Shown: positions 1 through 9,235 of the stretch, one piece after another
Numbering within the stretch: the first letter of the stretch is position 1
How the letters are laid out: each line of letters opens with the position of its first letter
IMG/VR virus record: IMGVR_UViG_3300042934_000561
Coordinates: 1-59,107 of that record
DNA: 59,107 nucleotides
Direction: 5' to 3' (one strand)
DNA from: a virus
Taxonomy: Duplodnaviria > Caudoviricetes
Notes under the pieces: model-generated
Database searches by the model: none
Seen by the model: the letters and a program-made list of their open reading frames with translations, nothing else
What the model was told of the DNA's origin: nothing
Program-made: the position numbers and the translations under genes

Positions 1-1
1 A

Positions 2-823
2 CTGGTTTCCAGAAATAGGGCTAAGCACTTTCCACGCATAGTATGATGAAAATTCTCCGCTTGCAGTTACTTTTATATTATTATTTTCGTATGAATTATG
101 AAGTCGAGTATTAATAGTCGATAAGTCAAAAACTTTTCCTTCGATATATCCAAAAGTATTTAAATTTAACCAAGTAATGGTCGTTTGAACTACTCTATCA
201 CAAATTAATAATCCCTTCGCTACTTTTATCAAATATGCAACTCCATAAGCAGTATTTAAAGGGGCTATTGGTAGTCCAAAGTCATAATACGGATTTCCTA
301 TACTAATAATATAGCCTCCTGCATTTCCAGATGGGGCTAAGTATTGAAATGGAATACAGTCTCCTACTTGCATGGATTTTATATCTGAAACCTGATTTAA
401 ATATGGATGTAATAAATATCCGTCAATATCGATATCCATGGCATCAAAAATAACTTGATTTGTGTCATTCGAGATAACTTCTATAGTATGAACTGATTTT
501 GTTAAGTCTAATACCTCAAACGCTAGCCCCTGAAATACTCCAGAAGCAGAGTATTGCGACATACTATAGAGGTTTCCATCTATTTTAACAGTTATATTAT
601 TTGAAGAACTTGATTGCATTAATGCGATAAATCTAAATCTACTCGTATATACCCTGAAAAATAGTGTACACTGAGATTCAATGGATCTTATATATTTTTG
701 TCCAGAACTGCTAGTATTTGTGAGTGATGTCCAACTTCCTGTGTAAACAAATCTACCATCAATTTCCTCGATCCTTCTCCAGCCAGATTCAGGAGCAGTT
801 AAAGCTTGGCCTACCGTAGCCAT
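2..823 (-). CDS. Tail/receptor-binding-type structural protein, runs off the window edge
   Basis: Not in the ORF track. ATG at 823 after GGAGGTG; reads MATVGQALTAPESGWRRIEE... and stays open to the edge; beta-rich; lies distal to the tail genes. Confidence 0.6.
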   Translation of the reverse strand, partial: MATVGQALTAPESGWRRIEEIDGRFVYTGSWTSLTNTSSSGQKYIRSIESQCTLFFRVYTSRFRFIALMQSSSSNNITVKIDGNLYSMSQYSASGVFQGLAFEVLDLTKSVHTIEVISNDTNQVIFDAMDIDIDGYLLHPYLNQVSDIKSMQVGDCIPFQYLAPSGNAGGYIISIGNPYYDFGLPIAPLNTAYGVAYLIKVAKGLLICDRVVQTTITWLNLNTFGYIEGKVFDLSTINTRLHNSYENNNIKVTASGEFSSYYAWKVLSPISGNQ

Positions 824-834
824 ATTCTCACCTC

Positions 835-1584
835 CTACATTAAAGTTATTATTCTATTTAAACTAGCAGGCTCATTTGCCGTTAAGTTTACGTCTAAAGT
901 ACTCTGACTATTTCCAAAATATACAGTAAGCTTTCCGGATATATTCTTATTAACAGTTATTAAACAATTTAGCGAGACACACTTTTGCACTATATCGTAT
1001 TTTAACACTAATGACAATTTGAATTCTGTAGTGTTAAAAATGTAGTCTTTAGTGTATCCTATGTGATAAGCTAGTGTCGCATCTATTCTTTTATACGGAT
1101 TATTGTTATTGCGACTTCCTAAAAAGTCTGTAACTGCATCGTTGAATTGAACTACATTATTGTATGGGGGCTGATTTATAAATTTTTCAAGAATTCCGTT
1201 TTGTTCAAATCCAAGATATAGCATCATTCCGTTAATATTAAATTTCCCAGTTTGATCGAAACTAACAAAATTTGATCTTTCTTCGTTTAGTATTAAAGAA
1301 TTTAACATCAACAAAGATTCGTGAGTTAATTTAAACTTCTGCTGATCTGCATCGTATACTAAGTTTAATAGTTCCCCATTTTTAAGTTCAGATATTTTTT
1401 GTAAATCTAAGTTATTCAGATCAAATCCTCCGTTAGAAAGATCCAAATTAACAAATGTATGTAATGAATCAATTATAGAAAATACAGATAATTTATTCTT
1501 ATCAATTGAACTTAGCGCAGTTTCAACTCCGTTATGAGATTGATATATTTCTTTTCCGTCATCCATAATAGCTTTCCAAATCAT
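835..1584 (-). CDS. Hypothetical tail-region protein
   Basis: 249-aa ORF, GGAGG RBS, co-oriented with the tail operon. Confidence 0.6.
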   Translation of the reverse strand: MIWKAIMDDGKEIYQSHNGVETALSSIDKNKLSVFSIIDSLHTFVNLDLSNGGFDLNNLDLQKISELKNGELLNLVYDADQQKFKLTHESLLMLNSLILNEERSNFVSFDQTGKFNINGMMLYLGFEQNGILEKFINQPPYNNVVQFNDAVTDFLGSRNNNNPYKRIDATLAYHIGYTKDYIFNTTEFKLSLVLKYDIVQKCVSLNCLITVNKNISGKLTVYFGNSQSTLDVNLTANEPASLNRIITLM

Positions 1585-1602
1585 TTTAATTCCTCCTTAT
1601 AA

Positions 1603-1631
1603 CAAAAGGGAAAGATTTTATCTCTCCCTAA
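1603..1631 (-). terminator. Putative intrinsic terminator
   Basis: AGGGAGAGAT..ATCTTTCCCT stem followed by TTT on the minus strand. Confidence 0.45.
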
Positions 1632-1633
1632 GT

Positions 1634-2128
1634 TTATGATGTATATTGATAGCTTACTCTAGTTTTCCATGCAATAGGACCTGCAGGTGCAGTTGGAAGA
1701 ACTTTTAATCTGAGCTTTAGTCTTGCATAATTTTTTTTAGTTAGTGCAGTTAAAGCGTTACCGTCGTTTCCAGTTCCCCGGATAAATCCAACTTCTCCAA
1801 AAGAATTGATAACTTGTACAGTACTGGCACTACCTCCAACTTCTGTCCAAGATGACCATATAGACCCATCGTAAGTCTGAACTTCTACAATAGCGTCAGT
1901 TTTAGTTGCAACTGGCCCAGAATCAGTTCCATCAGTATGCTTAGTAGTTATAAACACATTAGTCATATCTGCTACATCAGTTGATGGGGACCCTGCAGAA
2001 GTTCCTTTATTATTCCATAAATAAACCTCGGTTTCAGCAGATGGAGTTCCAGCATCAACGATGCCAGCGTCCCATTGTAGTCTTTGAGATCCATCAGGAT
2101 TTAACCACTTTGGTATTGGTGCTGCCAT
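1634..2128 (-). CDS. Virion structural protein (beta-rich)
   Basis: 164 aa, G/T/S-rich, GGAGG RBS. Confidence 0.55.
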   Translation of the reverse strand: MAAPIPKWLNPDGSQRLQWDAGIVDAGTPSAETEVYLWNNKGTSAGSPSTDVADMTNVFITTKHTDGTDSGPVATKTDAIVEVQTYDGSIWSSWTEVGGSASTVQVINSFGEVGFIRGTGNDGNALTALTKKNYARLKLRLKVLPTAPAGPIAWKTRVSYQYTS

Positions 2129-2140
2129 ATTATTACCTCC

Positions 2141-3004
2141 TTATTGTACTACAAAAATTTGAATTGTAAATGTAGATTGAGTTCCTTTATTATCAATTTC
2201 TACATATATACTATCTTGACCAGACTCATCAACAAAGGGGATATCCATTATATCCCAAAGTATTTTATTAACTATTCCAGAATAATATACCCAGTACCCA
2301 TTTACCTTAGTCCATACACTAAAGCTAAAATCTTGTACCCCCTCCGATCCAATAACTTTAATTCCTTTTATAATTCCTCGCTTTACAAATGGAATCCATC
2401 TTGATAATTTAGTATTTGAATATACGATAGCGTCGTACTCTATTTTAACTAGGCTAGTATTAGCTACAGCTTCTCCAAACACTATACCCGTCTCGGATTC
2501 GTTCACCTTAATAAATTTACCACCGTTTCCATAATAGTTTTGTGGAGTATCAGTTAGCTGAGTAAATTTATTTAGAGCATTGTATATATCATCACCAAAG
2601 CTTATATTGCTTTTAGTTCCCGCTAATACTACAGCTACTTCATATCCTGGTTGAAGTATATAATTAAATTTTAGTTGAGAGGCGGAGATTTTTATATAAT
2701 CTTTATCCGGCCCCTCATAAACATCTAATCCCTGAATTGCTACAAATAATTCATCTCTTGCCATGTTAAACTGGAAATTAGTTAACGTTACAGTATCAGT
2801 TTCTTCAGAAACAGGTATTAGTTCCCATTTAACAGACATGTCTCGCTCGCCCATTTCATTAAGAATATCTGATAAATTTTTACCGTCTGCGTCCCTATAT
2901 ATGGATTCTAGCACATGTTGGAGAGGCGCATTCCTATCATTTAGGGAAGTATGTTTGTTTCCTTGGTTGTCGGGCAAATTAAATTTTAAAGAGCTTCCAG
3001 CCAT
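2141..3004 (-). CDS. Tail fibre-associated protein
   Basis: Contains the FTQLTDTPQNYYGNGGKFIKVN segment typical of phage fibre proteins. Confidence 0.55.
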   Translation of the reverse strand: MAGSSLKFNLPDNQGNKHTSLNDRNAPLQHVLESIYRDADGKNLSDILNEMGERDMSVKWELIPVSEETDTVTLTNFQFNMARDELFVAIQGLDVYEGPDKDYIKISASQLKFNYILQPGYEVAVVLAGTKSNISFGDDIYNALNKFTQLTDTPQNYYGNGGKFIKVNESETGIVFGEAVANTSLVKIEYDAIVYSNTKLSRWIPFVKRGIIKGIKVIGSEGVQDFSFSVWTKVNGYWVYYSGIVNKILWDIMDIPFVDESGQDSIYVEIDNKGTQSTFTIQIFVVQ

Positions 3005-3016
3005 ATACTTTCCCTC

Positions 3017-4108
3017 CTAATAAGTTAATGCTAGATTAAATTTAAACGGAGTTAACTCAGTTTTTATAAGCACTTCCGGATTTCTAACGACTTTGGCAAA
3101 TACTGAGATAGTTTCCCCGCTAGGAATTGATGGAATCGATAAAGTTTGCGTGTATTCTCCGTCTATAGTGTTAGAAAACCAAACACATTGATAACCAGGA
3201 TCATCATCGTATTGTGCAGAATACAATCCGATATTAACAAAATCATTTAAATAGGGATTAGTGAAATTTATAACGAACGAAATTTCGTTGTCAGTAAAAT
3301 AGCCTAAAAAGTATTCAGAATCTTGATAAAGATCTTGACTATCTACTTTAACTAGCGGCACCGCTCCGTAGTAGTACACATCGCCTCCGCATATATCAAA
3401 ATTAGCAGAAGTATGTATTAAATCTCCATCAGCATTAAAAATTTTAAAATATGCAGTGTACGGCGGAATAAAATCATGATTAAATTTTACTCCGGAATAT
3501 GGATTAGTAACTTTCTGAGCTCCAATCGATAAGTCATGTCCAGTTAAAATCTGAACAGTGTAGCCTACCGGAATATTTAATAATTGAATCTCGTGGCTTA
3601 GATACATTCTAAAGTAATCAACATTATAGTCTGATGACCCTTGTACAGCAGGACCCTTAACAATAAATCCAACCTTTCCAGCGCTTCTAAATTCTCCCGA
3701 ACCAACTAATTCCCAGGATGCTTCCTCATTATTTTTTCCATAAGCAGTATATACACTCCCATACTTTTCTAATCTTAAATATTGATATACAATGGAAGAA
3801 TCCTTTAACTCGTCGTAATACTCTAAAATTTCTAACTTTTCTTGAAGTGTTTTAAAAACCACTAAACCTGCCTGAACCTGATCACTATAAGGAACATATT
3901 CATTTCTAATATCAATTATATAATGATCAGGCTCATCTAACAAGACTAGCAAATCTGGGGAATCATGAAACATTTTCAAATACCCAGGTCGTTCTATTAA
4001 AGAATATCTTAGTGCATCATTTGGAATAGTTGTCCAGTTAGAATTTAAGCTTTCTTGACTGAATTCATCAAAAAATAATTTTCCTTGAGTAAGCCTTACT
4101 ATATTCAT
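3017..4108 (-). CDS. Tail protein with ConA/LamG-like (beta-xylosidase C-terminal-like) domain
   Basis: FDEF...W...SLIERPGYL...QAGLVV...YLRLEKYGSVYTAY...W pattern. Confidence 0.55.
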   Translation of the reverse strand: MNIVRLTQGKLFFDEFSQESLNSNWTTIPNDALRYSLIERPGYLKMFHDSPDLLVLLDEPDHYIIDIRNEYVPYSDQVQAGLVVFKTLQEKLEILEYYDELKDSSIVYQYLRLEKYGSVYTAYGKNNEEASWELVGSGEFRSAGKVGFIVKGPAVQGSSDYNVDYFRMYLSHEIQLLNIPVGYTVQILTGHDLSIGAQKVTNPYSGVKFNHDFIPPYTAYFKIFNADGDLIHTSANFDICGGDVYYYGAVPLVKVDSQDLYQDSEYFLGYFTDNEISFVINFTNPYLNDFVNIGLYSAQYDDDPGYQCVWFSNTIDGEYTQTLSIPSIPSGETISVFAKVVRNPEVLIKTELTPFKFNLALTY

Positions 4109-4109
4109 G

Positions 4110-4433
4110 TTAGCTTATTGGATATAGCACTGTGTTTAAGTCGACTAATCTATCTAATTTTACATTATCTAATCCAAGGGTTCCTGCTAAAGCTATTACC
4201 TGTTTCTTAGCTAAATCAAACGATAAGTGAGTTCCCTCAAGCACCCAAGCTTCTCGTGGAAGCGTCGAAAGTACGACGTAGTCTGTTCCACTAGACATTA
4301 AATTTTTCCCATAAGTAGTGTCGCAAAATACCTGTCTAGTTCCCGTTGCGTCAGTAGTTGTATAATGAGCCCGTGAGTACACTTCCCATCTTTTTTCTTT
4401 ACGATTTTTTTGTATAGCGGTATCAAATGCCAT
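4110..4433 (-). CDS. Hypothetical tail-region protein
   Basis: 107-aa ORF, GGAGG RBS. Confidence 0.55.
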   Translation of the reverse strand: MAFDTAIQKNRKEKRWEVYSRAHYTTTDATGTRQVFCDTTYGKNLMSSGTDYVVLSTLPREAWVLEGTHLSFDLAKKQVIALAGTLGLDNVKLDRLVDLNTVLYPIS

Positions 4434-4445
4434 TATTATACCTCC

Positions 4446-7400
4446 TTATAATAGTTTATTTATATATTTAGATAACCATTTATGGCGAACTCCCTTTACC
4501 TTATCAAATATCTTAGTGCCTGGAACTCCATATACACCATGATGGTCATTAAAATATTTTACTAGATCATTAATTAACTGCTTTACGTATAAATTGCCTG
4601 TCAAACTATTTAAATCTTCGTCTGGAATATTTTGTATAATTGCTTCCGCATACCATCGAATCCAACGATATAGTCTCCAATAATCTTCTCTATAAATATT
4701 TGGATTATCATTAGATTCATACGTAGTTGGATAATACTCTGGAAGTTTATACTCTTTATCTGGAATATACTTATCTAGCCAATCATATATTAAATTTACA
4801 AAGTGTTTGAGCGATTGGGATGGAGTGTATCTTTCATACAAAAAACAGTTTGCGTACCATAATTCGTAACAAAAATCTACTACATTTGCAATAATATGAA
4901 TATCAATCTCAATTTCTAATTTTCCATGATCGCTTCCGTTTGGAATTGGATGCTCAGTAGTTTTCTCTCTAGTTACTCTATCAGTGTATGGATACTTCAG
5001 TTCGTCTTCGATATGATCAATTACTCCTCTGATAGGCTTACGAGCATACGGATAATCCATTGGAAGAATAACTGGATCGTACGGCCCGTCGCTTGGTATA
5101 AAATACCATCTCTTAAACATCTCCTGATAAATAAAGTTATACTCGCTAAAAATTTCTTTTAGTGATTTAACAATGTCCATATTAGTTATGTCATTATTAA
5201 TTATAGCATAACTTGCAGACTTTTCAAAGGTCTCAATGTAATGTATGTCACTAAGTATCAGTTTTTGGAAAGAGAATATGTCCTCCATACTAGTCAAATA
5301 AGTATTTTTAAAATCTAAATCATCAATTATAGCATTATTAAGTATAGTGCTTACTTTGTATGCAAAGTCCAGTGGAAGTTGATAATTTAGATCTATAAGA
5401 ATATCCTGTTTACCCTTAACATACAAATATAAACTGCTAAGGTTACTTTCTTTGCCGGACTTTTTTATTACATAGTTAATAGATTGAATTATTAGTTGAC
5501 GGTTATGTAATTTTTCAAAAACATTAGAACTCATTGTAGTTCCATTTCTTTGAACGGTTTCAAAAAATATGGGATTTTCTGATTTAATCTCGTGGTCTAA
5601 TAATGATTCAAATTCAATTGCCGAAACAGTTATCCAACATTTTTTATTTGGATCCGAAAGTTTATTTGTCTGATCAATAGTTAAATCGTTTAATTTTCTG
5701 TCATGTAGTACTAACGCAGTATCTATGATAGAATCATTATTTACCAAAAAAGTCGATTTAAATCCTCTACAAAACCTTATCTGATTTATTCTCTTACTTG
5801 TCCAAATATTCTGGAATTTAAATAATTCCAAGTTAGTTCTTTCAGCTAACTTGTTTAAATCTGGTTTATAAGATTCTTTAATTATAGACTTACTGTGGCT
5901 TAATAACGAGGAATTTGTTATAAACTGGTTAATGGTATCGACTACCCCAAACATACTTAAAACTGTAGTTAACTCGCTTCGGTTAAAATCCATTGTTAAG
6001 TTTCCATATAACGCAACTTCTTTATGATGATTACGAATTACTTCCTCAATCCCTGTCATCAAAAAATCTTTATACAAGGAAGTAACATTAAAGTTACTAT
6101 CGAAAATATCCACTATTTCGGAGTTTCCAGATCCTAACTTAGTATTAAATAGTTCTAATTCCAATATCGAAGAAAAAGCTGAATCGTAATTAAAATCAAT
6201 TATTCCATTAAGATTAGACTTTGAACTCATAATGGCATGAACATCGGAAAAGGTTATATTGTTTCGTAATATAGCTAAGTCAACGGCTTTTGTAAGATCT
6301 GCTTTCTTAGTCTGCAGAACTGGAAGTAAATTATAGGTATTTGTATGCAATTGCTTTTTTCCCAAGTCTAATAATTTTACCTTGCTATAATCTGTATTAA
6401 TTTCTTTAGAATTCCTATCTGCTATAAAGTCGTTTGCTATATGTATATTAGTGCTACTACTAGTTAGTAGTATTCCAGAATTACTTTCTTGGGCGGCGCT
6501 TTTATAAATAGTCTCAAAAAATAAGTTTCTTTGATAGTTATTATAATTTTCCGAATTTATATTCTGTAACCAATTTAACAAAGAATCGTTAGTATTGTTT
6601 AAAAGATACGGAGTTTTATAGTTAGTTTGAAGTTTAAATAGAAATTCTAGATTTAATCTATTCTTATTCCATAATCTATTTAGATTTAAAATACTTGTGT
6701 CTAAATTAATCTCGGATAGCGAGTTAAGATTTTTATTTATATGCAGAGTTCGAGTATCCAATTTATCCATCTCGATAAGAAATTTACCGATAGTATTGTT
6801 TCCTACATCTTCAGAATAATTTAATTTAATTGGTAATCCATCCTGATTAATCATATACTTGAGCGCGTCCAATAACAGATACTTAAATTCATAAATTTCT
6901 TGAATGATAATAGATTGAAAAGTGTTGCTTAAGATAATTTCATTTTTTGTATCTTTATTATAGTTAACTAACAAATTAGTGCTAGTTAATATATTCCTTT
7001 TAGGAATTACTCCCAAGACAAAAAGATTATTAGCTAAGTATATACTCCAGGCTCTTCCGAAATTTGGAACTAAATGGAGTTTTCCTAATGAATCGTACAG
7101 CTTAATTTCGTGACTAATTAATTCTAGCAGAGTTAAACTATTTTTTAATATAGTATGTTTAGTTTCTAATAAAAACTCGGAATGTTTCAACAACGAAAAC
7201 TTCTCGTCTCCAGTTAAATCATATCCAAAAATTAATTTATTATTCAAATATATTAACTTTTCCGATTCAATATTTAAATTGGATGTAGGGATAAAGGCAT
7301 CGAAGCGATTATTTTTAATGTATGTAATAGGAGGTACACCATTATAAATGTTCTTCACCTTCGATGCCTGTTTTATAACATTGTGTAAGTAATTAAATTT

Positions 7401-7718
7401 TCTGGATTTTCTTTGAGCAGTGCTATGCCTGTTTATGATTCCATATTGATTTGATACAGTACTCCATTGATTTTCAATAATAACATCAACTGCTCTTCTA
7501 ACTCGATCAAATCTAAATAAATCTCCTGATATAATAGCATTTCTTTGTTCAAATCCATAGTACAGAAACAAAGTTTTAAGCTCATCAGATTCGGTTATTG
7601 AATTAAAAGTGATAGGATATAATCCAGCATTAGTAAATATTCCAGATATGGGATATAACAGTAAATCTGAATCTTTATATACGCTATAAAAGTCTAAATA
7701 CTTAGATCGATTAGTCAT
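4446..7718 (-). CDS. Large tail-region protein of unknown function
   Basis: 1090-aa ORF; N/I/L/S-rich core and an aromatic C-terminal domain (YWRLYRWIRWYAE). Confidence 0.6.
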   Translation of the reverse strand: MTNRSKYLDFYSVYKDSDLLLYPISGIFTNAGLYPITFNSITESDELKTLFLYYGFEQRNAIISGDLFRFDRVRRAVDVIIENQWSTVSNQYGIINRHSTAQRKSRKFNYLHNVIKQASKVKNIYNGVPPITYIKNNRFDAFIPTSNLNIESEKLIYLNNKLIFGYDLTGDEKFSLLKHSEFLLETKHTILKNSLTLLELISHEIKLYDSLGKLHLVPNFGRAWSIYLANNLFVLGVIPKRNILTSTNLLVNYNKDTKNEIILSNTFQSIIIQEIYEFKYLLLDALKYMINQDGLPIKLNYSEDVGNNTIGKFLIEMDKLDTRTLHINKNLNSLSEINLDTSILNLNRLWNKNRLNLEFLFKLQTNYKTPYLLNNTNDSLLNWLQNINSENYNNYQRNLFFETIYKSAAQESNSGILLTSSSTNIHIANDFIADRNSKEINTDYSKVKLLDLGKKQLHTNTYNLLPVLQTKKADLTKAVDLAILRNNITFSDVHAIMSSKSNLNGIIDFNYDSAFSSILELELFNTKLGSGNSEIVDIFDSNFNVTSLYKDFLMTGIEEVIRNHHKEVALYGNLTMDFNRSELTTVLSMFGVVDTINQFITNSSLLSHSKSIIKESYKPDLNKLAERTNLELFKFQNIWTSKRINQIRFCRGFKSTFLVNNDSIIDTALVLHDRKLNDLTIDQTNKLSDPNKKCWITVSAIEFESLLDHEIKSENPIFFETVQRNGTTMSSNVFEKLHNRQLIIQSINYVIKKSGKESNLSSLYLYVKGKQDILIDLNYQLPLDFAYKVSTILNNAIIDDLDFKNTYLTSMEDIFSFQKLILSDIHYIETFEKSASYAIINNDITNMDIVKSLKEIFSEYNFIYQEMFKRWYFIPSDGPYDPVILPMDYPYARKPIRGVIDHIEDELKYPYTDRVTREKTTEHPIPNGSDHGKLEIEIDIHIIANVVDFCYELWYANCFLYERYTPSQSLKHFVNLIYDWLDKYIPDKEYKLPEYYPTTYESNDNPNIYREDYWRLYRWIRWYAEAIIQNIPDEDLNSLTGNLYVKQLINDLVKYFNDHHGVYGVPGTKIFDKVKGVRHKWLSKYINKLL

Positions 7719-7735
7719 ATCCTATCGCTTCCTTT

Positions 7736-8785
7736 CTAAATAGTTTTACGATCCTTTAGAATTGCCACTCCGTGCAACACATTAGTCGAATCATTAAATA
7801 TGCTATATGGGGCGTTTACTAGAAATACTTTATAAACATCCTCTGTGTTAGGAGTTCCAACTGGATCTGCATCATTATATTTATGCACCATCTCGTCTAA
7901 ATTAACCACAGTGCTTCTATCAGTTGAAGCAATTCCATATAATTCTCCTCGATAGCCATCAAAACCATGATAAACATAAATTGGAGACATATGATATTTT
8001 TTAGTATAAGCTGATGGCCCTTCTAAATGTTTATTAACAAATTCATCTGGAGTAGTCATCGAAGCCACATGAGCTTGCATTGGAAATCCTGTATAAGTTT
8101 TTAACATACTGATGTCTAGAACTCCAGTTGCAGTTTTATCACTATATTGATTTATTTCTTCATCAGTTAAATAGTTGAATGGGGACTCATCGCTTGAGAA
8201 ACAAACTCCAAAGTTTGTATTTGGATTAGTTCCGACATCCTCTTTAAAAGGCTTTACTGCTCCCATGTACCCAAAAGAAATTAATCTATCATCAAAGTTA
8301 GCTGATGGATCTCCTCCTAGCACAAGAGCAACTTTCTCTGGTTCAACTGATATCCAGTATTGTACTGGTAACCACCCTTTAATGTTAGCCTCAGTATTCG
8401 AAAAAAACCAAGAAAACCTAGCTCTAGCCGAATCTGTATCAACTCCCCAAGTACCTCTAACCTGAGGATCAACTGGAATTGTGTAGTTAGTGCCGTACTT
8501 AACTTCTATACAATAAAAGTTAGACTTCTGAACAGCACTTCCACCAGATTTCGGAATTACTGAAAGTGTAGTTGGTTTGAAAAATTCTATGTATACATCA
8601 GTTGTTCCAACTTGGTGTTTTAATGTAAATACATCAGTTATTAAAGATAATTCAGCTGGATAAAATAACGACCAGTTTAAGTCTTCTAACCCGTCAGTAA
8701 TTTTATCTGCTAAGGTACGTAGTAATCCAGGAGTAGTTACGTCGCCTATAACAGGAGCATAACCCTCTTCCCACCTAATTGTCAT
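7736..8785 (-). CDS. Virion structural protein
   Basis: 349 aa, GGAGG RBS, tail operon context. Confidence 0.6.
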   Translation of the reverse strand: MTIRWEEGYAPVIGDVTTPGLLRTLADKITDGLEDLNWSLFYPAELSLITDVFTLKHQVGTTDVYIEFFKPTTLSVIPKSGGSAVQKSNFYCIEVKYGTNYTIPVDPQVRGTWGVDTDSARARFSWFFSNTEANIKGWLPVQYWISVEPEKVALVLGGDPSANFDDRLISFGYMGAVKPFKEDVGTNPNTNFGVCFSSDESPFNYLTDEEINQYSDKTATGVLDISMLKTYTGFPMQAHVASMTTPDEFVNKHLEGPSAYTKKYHMSPIYVYHGFDGYRGELYGIASTDRSTVVNLDEMVHKYNDADPVGTPNTEDVYKVFLVNAPYSIFNDSTNVLHGVAILKDRKTI

Positions 8786-8798
8786 TTTTATTCCTCCT

Positions 8799-9227
8799 TT
8801 ATACTTTTATTGGCAATCTGCAAGTTACATCAAAATCTATCCAAATAACTTTGGAAGTTCCAGTAACATTATTGAAAACAAATTTTAACGTATCTTTTCC
8901 TGGAGTTATTTTTAATATTGGACGTATTTCTTTTATATGCCCTAACTCCTTCGTATAAATTTGTTTTAATACATATTGATCGTTTCTAATTAAATTATAA
9001 TTATCTTGGTCCTTATATCCAGTAGCACTAAAGGTGTAGGATTGCAACTCATAATCATTATTTAATGGAAAATTTATTTCGTATTCGTAAGTATGTGAAA
9101 CTCCTAAGGTATCTGGAATTTCGTACCTAAATCCGAATGGACATTGATGCTTATATTTTGGATACAATGGATAAGGAAATTTAAATATATCAGCAACTAC
9201 ACTAACATCAAATCCGATTTGAATCAC
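8799..9227 (-). CDS. Tail protein, paralog of the N-terminal domain of 9236..11308
   Basis: Shares ADIFKFPxPLxPKYKH, YELQ, GxKDxD, TKEL and TGTSKVxWxD with the neighbouring ORF. Confidence 0.65.
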   Translation of the reverse strand: MIQIGFDVSVVADIFKFPYPLYPKYKHQCPFGFRYEIPDTLGVSHTYEYEINFPLNNDYELQSYTFSATGYKDQDNYNLIRNDQYVLKQIYTKELGHIKEIRPILKITPGKDTLKFVFNNVTGTSKVIWIDFDVTCRLPIKV

Positions 9228-9235
9228 CCCCTTTA